Source: a bacterium (GTDB lineage: Bacteria > Patescibacteriota > Minisyncoccia > Minisyncoccales > JAGGSE01). From it: a DNA stretch of 64,000 nucleotides. This document shows, piece after piece, positions 41,316 to 51,478 of the stretch (its first letter is position 1; every line of letters begins with the position of its first letter). Below the pieces are notes generated by a model. That model was not told the origin of the DNA and searched no databases. It worked only from the letters and a program-made list of their open reading frames with translations. The position numbers and the translations under genes were made by a program. The stretch lies in contig JAGGSE010000232.1 in assembly GCA_021159225.1 (NCBI GenBank), positions 23,015 through 87,014 on the forward strand, given 5' to 3'.

Positions 41316-44300
41316 ATGGGCTGGCTCCCAGAATATTCACACAGAATCAGGTTCAAGATTGATCATGCAAAGATTGACTCTGATCTTACTCACTTCCCTA
41401 TTACCCTCTTCTTGACTGAAGATAATGCTGATGCAGTCTTTAATGAACTGGGTTCTAACTATAAGAAGATTGCAGTTACTTCTGATGATGGTACTACTCA
41501 ACTTTATGTAGAAGTTGAAGTATGGGACTCAGCGAATAAACAGGCAGTTCTCCATATTTCTAGGTCGTCTTGGACTATTTCGTCATCTTCAGATACTTAT
41601 TTTTATCTTTACTACGACGCGTCTGTTGCAGACAACACAACTTACGTTGGAGATCCTGGAGATTCTGTTGCTGCAAATGTTTGGGATGACAACTTTAAAG
41701 CGGTTTACCATTTATCTCAAAATCCCACAGGAGGCAATGGATGTATTAAAGATAGCACCAGCAACAATAATGACGGTACTCCTCATGGAAGTATGACTTC
41801 AGATGATTTAGTTGATGGGGGGGTAGGAAAGGCTCTGGACTTCGACGGAAGTGACGACTATGTGGATTGTGGGAGCGACGGCAGCTTGGATATTACTGGT
41901 CCTCTTACAATAGAGTCAGTTGTGAAGTTATCTTCTACAGGCGGGAGTCAAGCTTTTTTTGAAGGGCGTCTGCAATATACATTGTGGGTGAATTCAAGTG
42001 GTAGAGTACGCCTTGCAGACACGCAAGGTAACTACTGTGATTCAGATTCTGGTGATTTTGCCTGGGATGTTTATCAGTACGTAGCTGGCAAGTTTTCGGG
42101 TTCTTCTGGAGACTCTATTACCACGTCCAATGCTGCTGTTTTTATAAACGACGCTAATGTAACAGCAGCTACGGGAGGTACGTGGTTGCCACAGTCTCTT
42201 TCTACTGCTGTAATTGCGTGTTCTCCTCAAGCTACGCCCATCTCTTTTGCAGATGGTTTGATAGACGAAGTAAGAATTTCCAACGTGGCTCGTTCCGATG
42301 CTTGGATCAAGGCGACTTATTATTCTTTATTTAATAGTTTGATAACTGTTTGTGAGCATGTAACGGCGTGGAGTTATAGAAAGAAAATTACTATTTCTGG
42401 TTCTCCAGGAGCCGGAACAGGTTATCAAGTCCTTTTAAAAGTAGGAGAAAGTTCTGGAGCTAGTAACTGTGATTTCCATGTTGAAGGGCATTCTGCCAAG
42501 TTCCCTTCAGGAACCAATGATTCAGGAGACCTTCGTTTTGTAGATAACGATGGTTCTACTTTTTTAAACTTCTGGGTTGAGAAGGTAGAAGGTGAGGCAC
42601 CCAATAGAGTAGCTTATTGTTGGGTTAAGATAAACGACAACTTAGATTCGGATGTGAATATTTACTGTTATTATGGCAACCCTGGGACAGGTAATGTAAG
42701 CAACGGGAAAAATACGTTTGAGTTCTTTGACGATTTTAGCATTGACTCACTTTCAAACTATGATCTGATTTCGGTGTTTCACTTCGGCGACGGTACTGAT
42801 GATAAAACAGCAGGAACTTATGATGTAGTTAATCAGAGAGTAAACATTAACACTGGTGATAACCTTGAAACGGTTTATTCCCCGAAAAATTTTACCATCA
42901 GAAATTTTCATGCCCAGGCTAAGTTTCTTGTTTCAGGAGGCTACCCGTATGGTGCTACGGGTACTGTAGTAGGACGGTATCAAGATGACAACAATATGTA
43001 CACAGGCCAAAAGGCAGCACAACAGTATAGTGAGACTGGGGGGACAGGTTCTTATTGTAGTTATACATCACCAATAATACGTAAGTGGGTTGCTAGTACC
43101 GAGAGTGACATTGCTACACCCCCGTCAAATAATTACATTCCAATGAATACTGAAACTATACTAGCTCTAGCAATATATGAAAACAATATAAAATTCTTTG
43201 TTGACGGTTCAGAGGTTTTATCGACTACAGACTCTGATTTATCTGATGCAGGCAGGGTGGCATTTGGAGCGGGTCAGTGGGAGGGCTGGCTGGATGAGAT
43301 CAGAGTCCGTAAATATGTGTCTCCCGAACCTTCTTTCTCTACTGCAGGAGACGAAGAGCAACTTGTCGGCCCTACCTGGTATCAGGCTATTTCTTGTATT
43401 CGAAATCGCCTTTACGAGATTGCCTACAATTCTAAACATTACCTTACTTCTACCTTTTATATGTTCTTTAGAATTTGGGGAGGTGATATTACTAAAGTCA
43501 AGAACAAAGTATTTGCTGATGCGTTAACTTTAATAGCCAACCAAGTTCGATCCTATCAGCTCGTGGTCCCTCATTTGATTCAACATTGGGACGGCCCTGA
43601 AGGTGATTACCGGCTCGTTCCTCCTTCTACTCGCGAACGTCCATGGTGGTGGTGGCCTTATTCTTGCGGTGAACCCGTATCTAAAGGGCAGGAGGGTATT
43701 AACTATTCACGTATTTCGAAGGATCGTCGTTACGACACGTTTTTCTCCCCCCAACGGTATTATTGGGGTGTAATAGTAGGGACACCGTACTCACGAACTC
43801 CCTCATCTTACGCAGGTAAAACAATTGAGGACAAACCAAAGAATTTCTTCTGGAACAGAGTTTACGTTGTCCCTACAAAAATTGATTTCGGATTTACTAA
43901 GGTAGGTTCGTCTCGGTTAATTCACATTTTACATCGTTATGAAGACACCTCTCACGATTTACAATCTGTTTCTTCTTCGGATCCTACGTTTTCGGTAACT
44001 CTTCCTGAGCCTTTGCCTCACACTATGGCTCCCGGGGCTGAGATGGACGGTCTTGTGAATGTGGCACAGGTGGGGGCAGTGAGAGTAGTAGACGCGCCCA
44101 TCTACTTCCATTTTGATACAGTAGGAGACGCCATTTGTTATGTTTCTGCTACGTTCGCTATAGTCCTCTTGAAACCGAGAAAGTATGATCAATGGAATAC
44201 ACCTCATACTTTTCAGAAGATAAAGTTCAAGTTCGAAACAGAATTGGTTCACAACTTAGCAAGCAAGCCCACCCGTATTCCTAAACTTTATTACCCTACC

Positions 44301-45308
44301 CGCTCGTCTTCGTTGCACTTGGGAGCTGTTGATGAGGTTGCATATGATCTTGATTATGATGCTATCAATGCGGCTCGTTATTTAGTAGTAGTGCCTGAGT
44401 TTCCTCTTAGAGTACGATTAGTGAGCAACGCGCACCAACATGATACCCAGATAGTGGTAGAAGATGTCACAGACTTTGAGGTAGGGTATTCTGCTGTTTT
44501 GTGTAGCTCGCGTCATTTAGAAGCGGGCCAGATCACCGAAATTGACGCAGCCTCGAAAACACTTAAGTTTGCTGGCCAGCTTCAGTATGATTATGATGTG
44601 AACGATACCTGGGTGTACCCCAGTTTTACGGGGTACGGCCACGTGCGACGGACTCGTTCTTTAGTGAAACATAATGTTTACAACCTTGAGATTGACGTAG
44701 ATGAAATAATCCCTGAGGGCTGTAACGCATTGACAGGTACTACTTCGCAGTGGTACAAACGGCCAAGAACGGTGCTTGTTGAAGGGTCTGTAGTTGATAG
44801 TAGGGATGTTAAGGGTCTTGAAGTTGGCGTCCCGTCCATTAAAAATCCTTTGAGCTCTCGTCTGCGTGATAAAATTGTTGTAACGCATAGTTACCAGTTC
44901 TTTGGAACTGCTTGGAGGGATTTCAAAGACTTGTTTTTATACGCAAAAGGGCGCTATCAGAAAGTCAATATAATCACTTGGTTGAGTGAATTACGCGTTT
45001 ACGAAGACGCTTATCAAGGTTCTGCTTCGCTAAAGATCATACCTCGGACTTACTCTGAGATTTGGAGTGCTTACAAGAAGGTGGTGATTGATTATGGATC
45101 TACTATAGTTCACACGACCGTTACGGGCGTAGTTACTGCTGAGGATCATTGTGTAGTTACCCTTCAAGATAATTTGTCGTTAGACACACCGAAGGGTACC
45201 CCACTCCACTTTAAGATTGACGCTTACTTAACAGAGGATACCATCGAGTTTGATTTCAAGGGCGATGGCTGTTTCGTAACTGTTACTTGGGAGGAAGCGT
45301 ATGACTAA
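41316..45308 (+). CDS. large tail fibre/adhesin with LamG (concanavalin-like) and DUF2341-like domains
   Basis: The LamG_3-type signature is GKALDFDGSDDYVDCG ... LIDEVRISNVARSDAWIKATYYS, with a second ...GWLDEIRVRKYVSPEP. The DUF2341-like signature is WSYRKKITISGSPGAGTGYQVLLKV...NIYCYYGNPG. Confidence 0.65.
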   Translation: MGWLPEYSHRIRFKIDHAKIDSDLTHFPITLFLTEDNADAVFNELGSNYKKIAVTSDDGTTQLYVEVEVWDSANKQAVLHISRSSWTISSSSDTYFYLYYDASVADNTTYVGDPGDSVAANVWDDNFKAVYHLSQNPTGGNGCIKDSTSNNNDGTPHGSMTSDDLVDGGVGKALDFDGSDDYVDCGSDGSLDITGPLTIESVVKLSSTGGSQAFFEGRLQYTLWVNSSGRVRLADTQGNYCDSDSGDFAWDVYQYVAGKFSGSSGDSITTSNAAVFINDANVTAATGGTWLPQSLSTAVIACSPQATPISFADGLIDEVRISNVARSDAWIKATYYSLFNSLITVCEHVTAWSYRKKITISGSPGAGTGYQVLLKVGESSGASNCDFHVEGHSAKFPSGTNDSGDLRFVDNDGSTFLNFWVEKVEGEAPNRVAYCWVKINDNLDSDVNIYCYYGNPGTGNVSNGKNTFEFFDDFSIDSLSNYDLISVFHFGDGTDDKTAGTYDVVNQRVNINTGDNLETVYSPKNFTIRNFHAQAKFLVSGGYPYGATGTVVGRYQDDNNMYTGQKAAQQYSETGGTGSYCSYTSPIIRKWVASTESDIATPPSNNYIPMNTETILALAIYENNIKFFVDGSEVLSTTDSDLSDAGRVAFGAGQWEGWLDEIRVRKYVSPEPSFSTAGDEEQLVGPTWYQAISCIRNRLYEIAYNSKHYLTSTFYMFFRIWGGDITKVKNKVFADALTLIANQVRSYQLVVPHLIQHWDGPEGDYRLVPPSTRERPWWWWPYSCGEPVSKGQEGINYSRISKDRRYDTFFSPQRYYWGVIVGTPYSRTPSSYAGKTIEDKPKNFFWNRVYVVPTKIDFGFTKVGSSRLIHILHRYEDTSHDLQSVSSSDPTFSVTLPEPLPHTMAPGAEMDGLVNVAQVGAVRVVDAPIYFHFDTVGDAICYVSATFAIVLLKPRKYDQWNTPHTFQKIKFKFETELVHNLASKPTRIPKLYYPTRSSSLHLGAVDEVAYDLDYDAINAARYLVVVPEFPLRVRLVSNAHQHDTQIVVEDVTDFEVGYSAVLCSSRHLEAGQITEIDAASKTLKFAGQLQYDYDVNDTWVYPSFTGYGHVRRTRSLVKHNVYNLEIDVDEIIPEGCNALTGTTSQWYKRPRTVLVEGSVVDSRDVKGLEVGVPSIKNPLSSRLRDKIVVTHSYQFFGTAWRDFKDLFLYAKGRYQKVNIITWLSELRVYEDAYQGSASLKIIPRTYSEIWSAYKKVVIDYGSTIVHTTVTGVVTAEDHCVVTLQDNLSLDTPKGTPLHFKIDAYLTEDTIEFDFKGDGCFVTVTWEEAYD

Positions 45309-46170
45309 AATAGCACTTGAGCTCACTGGGGGGTTAGGGAAGAATATTGCTTTTACTGCAGTGCTCCCTTACCTCGACTCTAAACCAACCATTTTATGTT
45401 CGTTCCCTGTTGCCTTTGAGAATAGTCCTTATGTGGAGGAGTGTGTGCCGTGGCCTTCTTCCAACTTTAGGGTGCTGAGTGAGTTTGATATAAGGAAAGT
45501 TGAACCCTACTACGTTGCGGATTACCGTCAAGGGAAGATTACTCTGATTGAGGCAATATTTAGATCCTGTGATGTTAAGCTTGTGCAGGGCGCTGCCCCG
45601 AAGCTTTACTTAACTGATAAAGAGAAGAAGGATGCACGGGCCTATCTCGATCGGAAAGGGCGCCCTGTTATTTTATTCCAACCTTTTGGAGCTTCTACCG
45701 ACGTATCCAGCCCCCTCTCTTCAGGTCAACGCTCTTTGAGTAAAGATCAAGCGCTGAAGTTAGCCCGGTTCTTGAGCGATTTTGGTACTGTACTCGTACT
45801 GCGCGGTTTGTCCCAACCCTCGCTACCTGGATTTGAGCATCCTGATTTGAACTTAAGGTTTTCCATCTCTCTTGTGTCAGAAGCGGACGCTCTAGTGGGT
45901 GTGGATAGTTGGCTTTGCCACGCCGGGGCTGCACTGGGGAAGAGAGGTTTCTTTATCTTTACGTCTACGGACCCGAGACAGTTGTCCTATCCTCTGCACA
46001 TTTCAGTTCAGTCACCTAACCGCTGCGATTTGTACCCATGCCGCCGTCCTTGGCCAGGAGTTCCTGACAATTTTGTGTGTCCCTTTGGTTTGAAGTGCCA
46101 AGATTTTAATCCTGAAGTATTTTTTGAAGAGATAGAGTCCTATTTGAAGGAGGCCCTCGTTGAAGTTTGA
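45301..46170 (+). CDS. GT9 (heptosyltransferase)-like glycosyltransferase
   Basis: LELTGGLGKNIAFTAVLPYL at the N-terminus and SEADALVGVDSWLCHAGAALGKRGFFIF match the GT9 D-S-G..H.A.A.G pattern. Confidence 0.55.
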   Translation: MTKIALELTGGLGKNIAFTAVLPYLDSKPTILCSFPVAFENSPYVEECVPWPSSNFRVLSEFDIRKVEPYYVADYRQGKITLIEAIFRSCDVKLVQGAAPKLYLTDKEKKDARAYLDRKGRPVILFQPFGASTDVSSPLSSGQRSLSKDQALKLARFLSDFGTVLVLRGLSQPSLPGFEHPDLNLRFSISLVSEADALVGVDSWLCHAGAALGKRGFFIFTSTDPRQLSYPLHISVQSPNRCDLYPCRRPWPGVPDNFVCPFGLKCQDFNPEVFFEEIESYLKEALVEV

Positions 46171-46960
46171 CGGCGTAATTCTCGTTTATGGCATGCATAC
46201 AGACTATTTAATTGCGACTAACTTCCCGTTTACGACCAATGACTCTATTACCTGGGAACCTCTTATCACGTCTGATATTTCATACGAGCTTTCTGGCGTA
46301 GATCGGAAAGAAGCGTTTACTATTAAAATTTTACGGGATAAAGTACCCGATCTCTCAAGTTACCTTGTAAATCGAGTTGGTTCTGTGACAGTTCGCGCTG
46401 TTGAGATTGATGTGGATACGGCAACTTGGTCAGAGTTTTATCAAGGTAATGTCACTAAGTTTAAAATCGACCTCCACTTTGTCGAACTCGAAGTTGAGAG
46501 TATGGTGTCGTTAGGTCTTAGGTCAGCGAATCGTGTCCGCCTTTCTCTAGGATGTATTCGAACTTTAGACGAATGTGGAGTCGCATGGGATTCTTATTCT
46601 GCTTCTGGAATAGTAGCTGGTATTAGTGGGAGAACTATCTCGATTAACTATACTACTCGGGGTTCAAACTTCCCAGACCCCGTTCCAAATAATTTTCTGA
46701 AATATGGGAAGTTAGTTGCGCCAACGGAAGTTAGGAGTATAGTTTTTAATGATGCGGGTTCTGTGGTGGTGAGGTTTGCTACTCGTGATCTGTCTGTAGG
46801 AGATGTTGTTACTGTTTACGCCGGGTGTGATAAATCGATTGCAACTTGTAGAGACAAGTTTAACAATTTGGATAACTACTTAGGTTTTCCTCATACTCCT
46901 ACAGAGAGTGCGACTTTAAGAGGAAGACAGGGAAAGACTGCGTCTGGTGGAAAGAAGTAA
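46160..46960 (+). CDS. tail hub protein, DUF2163 / BR0599-like (GTA g13-like)
   Basis: AGGAGG precedes TTG 46160. The C-terminal YAGCDKSIATCRDKFNNLDNYLGFPHTP matches the BR0599-family GCDK..C...F.N..N..GFP signature. Confidence 0.6.
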   Translation: MKFDGVILVYGMHTDYLIATNFPFTTNDSITWEPLITSDISYELSGVDRKEAFTIKILRDKVPDLSSYLVNRVGSVTVRAVEIDVDTATWSEFYQGNVTKFKIDLHFVELEVESMVSLGLRSANRVRLSLGCIRTLDECGVAWDSYSASGIVAGISGRTISINYTTRGSNFPDPVPNNFLKYGKLVAPTEVRSIVFNDAGSVVVRFATRDLSVGDVVTVYAGCDKSIATCRDKFNNLDNYLGFPHTPTESATLRGRQGKTASGGKK

Positions 46961-47408
46961 GTGCTACAATTGCGTACTCTTTGAGAAGGCTAATGAATGG
47001 ATTGGTACCCCATTTAAACTCAGGGATTGTGTTAAAGGTAGGGGGGCTGATTGTGTGAGTGCGCCTCTTTCGATCTTGGTAGATGTAGGTCTACTTCCTA
47101 AGGAAACGTTTCTAGATATTTACAGCGCGCGAATGCTCAAACTATTTCGTCAAAACCATCAAGAGTTCTTACGGCAACTGGCGCATACTTTTGGTGACAA
47201 TTACATGGTGGTAACTGGAGATAAAAGTGTGAAGTGCGGAGATATTGTGGTGCGAGACATTGGGCGCTATAGAGAGATGTTCGCCGCAGTCTATGTGTCC
47301 GATAAGTTTCTCGTTGCTAGACCTGTAACCGGAGTTCAGTGGGTTGCTAACTTTGAATTTGACTACAAAATTTCTAAAGTCAATTTTAGGTGTCCTTGTG
47401 AAGTGTGA
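46947..47408 (+). CDS. NlpC/P60-like protein, copy 1 (gpK / GTA g14 position)
   Basis: A.EWIGTPFKL...GRGADCVS fits the A..y.GtPY...G.DCSG pattern and KCGDIVV fits GD.v. No catalytic His is visible at the expected HVGIY position. Confidence 0.45.
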   Translation: MERSKCYNCVLFEKANEWIGTPFKLRDCVKGRGADCVSAPLSILVDVGLLPKETFLDIYSARMLKLFRQNHQEFLRQLAHTFGDNYMVVTGDKSVKCGDIVVRDIGRYREMFAAVYVSDKFLVARPVTGVQWVANFEFDYKISKVNFRCPCEV

Positions 47409-47862
47409 GAATTGTTATTATTATCAGTTAGCACAGAAGTGGGTTAATACCCCTTTCAAGCTCGGGGGTACTTCTCTTAAGGGAATTGACTGCTTTGGAG
47501 TCTCATTACGTATAGCACAAGAGAGTGGTTTGATTTCGGAGGATCAGTTCAAAGTAATTCATACTACAACGGTACTTAGGATTCTAAGGAAAGAGGGTGT
47601 ACATAAATTCAAAACGTTTATTCAGGAAGGGAGTGGTGGACGACTTGTTGAAACAACTAACCCAGCAGACTTGAAGTGTGGGGACTGGGTGTTAAGAATT
47701 ATAGGAAGAAATTTTGACGTTGAGAGTGCTCTGTTTGTAGGAGGTCAGTTTATTACATCTTTCCCGAAAGAGTGTGTTACTATCACACCTGTGTTTAAGT
47801 TTGACTTTGCAATCTCGTGGGGAGGATTTTCGTTTAGGAAATGGCGGTCTTTGCAACTCTAG
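47398..47862 (+). CDS. NlpC/P60-like protein, copy 2 (tandem paralog)
   Basis: GTG 47398 gives VKCENCYYYQLAQKWVNTPFKLGG...KGIDCFGVS...KCGDWVL, which is collinear with copy 1. Confidence 0.45.
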   Translation: MKCENCYYYQLAQKWVNTPFKLGGTSLKGIDCFGVSLRIAQESGLISEDQFKVIHTTTVLRILRKEGVHKFKTFIQEGSGGRLVETTNPADLKCGDWVLRIIGRNFDVESALFVGGQFITSFPKECVTITPVFKFDFAISWGGFSFRKWRSLQL

Positions 47863-50180
47863 CAATTTATGCGGCGTTGTTTCTCGCGAGCTACTTTTTG
47901 GCGGGGCCACCTAAGACTGAGGACAGTCCGGGCGACCAAAGTGCTAATGAAGTAAAGATTCCTCGCAACCGAGTTGGGCTGGCGATTCCCTCTGTTTTTG
48001 GAAGGGGCCAGGTTGCTGGCGTAATGATTGATATGGTTCCTAAAGTAGAGGCATATGGTCGTTTCAAGCGGTCATTTCAAGAGGTTGAACATAAGAAGAA
48101 GGTAGGTTCTGGTAAGGCTAAGGCAGAAATTACCTATTACACCTACGTGATGGTTGCTCGTTGGGCCTTTTCTATAGGCCCGGTCGATGAGTTTACGAAG
48201 CTAATCCTTGAGTCCACTCGAGTGGATGTAGATCACCCTTCTTCGGGGTGCGATCAGAGTGAACGAGGTAAGTACCTCGGGGGCTATTGGTACTATGGTA
48301 CGTCTACGCAAACTCGACATTCTCACGACACCGCTCTTCATGACAGTTCCGACCTATTGAACTATCGCAATGTGGCGTACGCTACACTAAATATTTGTTT
48401 AGGACAATCTCCATCTCCTATCCACCCACAATGTGAGTTGAAAAGGTTCGTTCAGCCCTTGACTTCACTTGGGAAGAAAGTTGGAGATGACGCTAATTTG
48501 ATGCAAGTCCTTTACTACATTCTAACGAATCGATGGTATTTGAACATCCCGGAAAGTTTGGTCGATAAAGATTCGTTTATAGAGGCAGGTAATGTTCTTG
48601 CGTCGGAGGGAATTGGAGGTTCATATGTAGTTTCAACTTCAGCCGACCTAGGACAGGTAATAAGAGAGATCTTAGATTGGTGCGGGGCCAAGCTTTATTG
48701 GTATCAAAACAAAATTTGCGTTAAGGTAATTAGAAATACAGGGGCTGCAACGTTGACTTTAACTGATGATGACATTGACAACTTGTCACTCGAGGGGAAT
48801 CTTTGGACCGCAGTTCATTGTGCAGCTTCGCTGGAGTGGATTGATCCTCACAATGATTATGAGACGAACTGGATTTATCAGGTTGACCACGGTACCGAAG
48901 CAGTTGCAGGTAATTTTAAACTAAACGAGTTTAGTTATAGGATTATTGCTTCTGATACTATTGCAAAGAAAGTGCTTGATCGTAAGATGACTGAGGTTAC
49001 GTTCCCCCGTATTAAAGCTACTTTCACGACTACTGTGTCTATCGAACCTTACCAAATCATTGAGATTGATTCTGACCAGTTTGGAGTAACGGGTACATTT
49101 AGGGTTACATCAATTGTTCGAAAGGGAGTGGGCGTTTACGAGCTTGAGGCTATAGAACTTGTTGAAGCAGAACCTGTTGACATGTCAGACGTTCCTTCTG
49201 TTGGTCCAGGAGTAGTTACGCAGGACTTCGAGAGTAGTTGGATTTCCTGGGGTTATCTCGAAAACCCAATTGGAGGTGTTTACTTCTGGTGTAAACCTGA
49301 TTTAAGCAATCCTTACTTAAAAGGTTTCTCGATAACCTTGAGTTACGACTCTTTAGAGCTTTCTACGGCAGAGATTTTGGTTAACTACTTAGGGACGCTA
49401 ACTCACGATGTTCCTGTTACTCATAAGACTTCTAGGACTTATCAGATCGATGTTACTAGTGACGTCGCTTTTTCACTACTTGGATCTAGTGATGCTGGTT
49501 GGTTCGCTGGTTCTTTGTTATTACTGATCAATAACGAGATAATTTCTGTTAGAGATGTAAGTGTAGATGAGAGTGGATACCATTTTGTAGGAGTAATCAG
49601 GGGATTCTTCAAGACAATCATCTCTTCACATGCTGCTGGAACTGACGTGTTCTATCTGAATTACAACTCTCCCGTTACTACGGATAGAAATACGTTTGCG
49701 CCTCTTGCTAACCAAACCCTCGATATTGACATGACCCCTCGACATCACTTCCTTGGAGCGGAAATCGACGATACAGAACACGCGGAGACAGACTCCTTTA
49801 CGTACAAGGGTAATCCTTTTAGGCCATTGCCAATCTGTAATCTCCAGGTTAATGAGCAAGGTAATAATCACCGCGTTTCTTCGGGCGATGACGTCAGCAT
49901 TAGTTGGAGGAACCAATCTAGAGATGGGGCGGGGTTTCATTTCCCAAGTCAGCAAAAGCCACAGGATCCTACTCCTGATTATGACCAGATCCGGTTAGAG
50001 ATTTATGATGGTACCACGCAGGTGAGAGAAGAGATATTAGATGGCACAACTACGTCGTATGACTACACGTCCGCGCTGCAATCTTCAGACGGCGTGCTTA
50101 ACAAGAACTTCACGATTAAAATTACGCCAAGGAACAACGTATGTGAGGCGGACACTGTTGAACTAACAGTACTACGCTGA
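47841..50180 (+). CDS. host-specificity / central tail fibre protein (lambda J / GTA g15-like)
   Basis: An N-terminal hydrophobic segment is followed by IPRNRVGLAIPSVFGRGQVAGVMID, typical of J-like proteins. The 779-aa gene follows the hub and NlpC-like genes. Confidence 0.6.
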   Translation: MAVFATLAIYAALFLASYFLAGPPKTEDSPGDQSANEVKIPRNRVGLAIPSVFGRGQVAGVMIDMVPKVEAYGRFKRSFQEVEHKKKVGSGKAKAEITYYTYVMVARWAFSIGPVDEFTKLILESTRVDVDHPSSGCDQSERGKYLGGYWYYGTSTQTRHSHDTALHDSSDLLNYRNVAYATLNICLGQSPSPIHPQCELKRFVQPLTSLGKKVGDDANLMQVLYYILTNRWYLNIPESLVDKDSFIEAGNVLASEGIGGSYVVSTSADLGQVIREILDWCGAKLYWYQNKICVKVIRNTGAATLTLTDDDIDNLSLEGNLWTAVHCAASLEWIDPHNDYETNWIYQVDHGTEAVAGNFKLNEFSYRIIASDTIAKKVLDRKMTEVTFPRIKATFTTTVSIEPYQIIEIDSDQFGVTGTFRVTSIVRKGVGVYELEAIELVEAEPVDMSDVPSVGPGVVTQDFESSWISWGYLENPIGGVYFWCKPDLSNPYLKGFSITLSYDSLELSTAEILVNYLGTLTHDVPVTHKTSRTYQIDVTSDVAFSLLGSSDAGWFAGSLLLLINNEIISVRDVSVDESGYHFVGVIRGFFKTIISSHAAGTDVFYLNYNSPVTTDRNTFAPLANQTLDIDMTPRHHFLGAEIDDTEHAETDSFTYKGNPFRPLPICNLQVNEQGNNHRVSSGDDVSISWRNQSRDGAGFHFPSQQKPQDPTPDYDQIRLEIYDGTTQVREEILDGTTTSYDYTSALQSSDGVLNKNFTIKITPRNNVCEADTVELTVLR

Positions 50181-50192
50181 GGAGGTTAGTAG

Positions 50193-51041
50193 ATGGGATT
50201 CTTAGAGCCTTACGAGTTTGAGGAGATGGGGAATGTAATTGGATGGGATGCTATTTGCACAGGAAACACTCAAAAAGTAAGAGATGCAATCGGTGCTCCT
50301 TGTTATTCGGTTACAGCTGGAGAAAACCTCTCTAAAGGACAAGCTGTTTATATCGCAAGTGATCAAAGGGCTTATAGAGCTAGCAATACTTCTGACAGTA
50401 CCATGCCTTGTGTAGGGTTTGTCTATAAGGATGCATCTGCAGGTAACGATGTGTGGATACAGTTTGACGGGCGTGCCGCGCTGTTTTCAGGTCTTACAGT
50501 TGGGTCTAAGTATTTCGTAGGTACAAATGGAGGGATTACTTCTACACGGCCTACTGGGTCGAATATAGTTCAATGTGTTGGGATTGCTGTTTCTTCAACC
50601 ACACTCCTGCTCGTATCTTTGGGGTGCGACTTTGCTAGCACTAGGACGGCAGAAGTAGGAGGTTTACATATAGTAGGGGCAAGTGACAGCTTTGGAACCG
50701 CTCAGGTGATTGATGTTGATGCTTCCCAGAGCGACCCATCTGCTATTACGTCTACTGCAGTTACCTATGCCGATGCTGCGGCTGTTACTTTAGGAGACGC
50801 AGACTTAACGTATGACGCGAATGAGAGAGACTTGATTAACGATCTGAAATCCAAATATAACGATCTTGTACCTCTGGTAAACGAGATAAAGAGTGACTAT
50901 AATGCGTTAAGAGCTGATGTTACTTCTATCCACTCTGTCTTGATAGGGACTATTGATTACTGTGATGCTTTAAAAGCGAAAATTAACGAATTACTAGGAG
51001 AGCTCCGTAAGACCGGTGGTTGCGGAGTTTTGAATGATTAG
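50193..51041 (+). CDS. putative tail fibre / receptor-binding protein
   Basis: GAGGAGG RBS. A beta-rich N-terminal domain (GQAVYIASDQRAY...GSKYFVGTNGGITSTRP) is followed by a helical C-terminus. The call rests on position. Confidence 0.4.
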   Translation: MGFLEPYEFEEMGNVIGWDAICTGNTQKVRDAIGAPCYSVTAGENLSKGQAVYIASDQRAYRASNTSDSTMPCVGFVYKDASAGNDVWIQFDGRAALFSGLTVGSKYFVGTNGGITSTRPTGSNIVQCVGIAVSSTTLLLVSLGCDFASTRTAEVGGLHIVGASDSFGTAQVIDVDASQSDPSAITSTAVTYADAAAVTLGDADLTYDANERDLINDLKSKYNDLVPLVNEIKSDYNALRADVTSIHSVLIGTIDYCDALKAKINELLGELRKTGGCGVLND

Positions 51042-51053
51042 AGGAGGTAGCTT

Positions 51054-51467
51054 ATGATAGAGTATCCTGTTGTTGAAATTGTAAGGCTAGAGGAGAATGA
51101 ATCTTACGGCACCTTTGGAGTGCTTCGTATTCAGAAGCAAGTCTTTTGTGTGACTCTCGAACCTGCGGACCGATTCAATATGCCCGGAGTTTCATGTATT
51201 CCCGCACAGCAGTACATATGTAGAAGGCACGTTTCTAGCCGGTTTGGGGAGACTTTCATAGTTACAAATGTACCGGGCCGTGTTGGTATTCTATTCCATC
51301 CGGGCAATGAAGTTGAAGATACTGCTGGGTGCATTCTTTTGGCGGAACATTATGGGAAGTTACACGGTGATAGAGCTGTGCTGAATTCGGGTAAGACGTT
51401 CAAGAGGTTTATGGAGGTTATGAAGGACTTTGATAAGTTTCATTTGACAATTCTGGAATGTTATTAA
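51054..51467 (+). CDS. DUF5675-like protein with L,D-transpeptidase-like His...Cys signature
   Basis: GTFGVLRI...FCVTLEP...CIPAQQYIC...VPGRVGILFHPGNEVEDTAGCILL is recognised from memory of the family. Confidence 0.45.
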   Translation: MIEYPVVEIVRLEENESYGTFGVLRIQKQVFCVTLEPADRFNMPGVSCIPAQQYICRRHVSSRFGETFIVTNVPGRVGILFHPGNEVEDTAGCILLAEHYGKLHGDRAVLNSGKTFKRFMEVMKDFDKFHLTILECY

Positions 51468-51478
51468 AGGGGGTTAAA

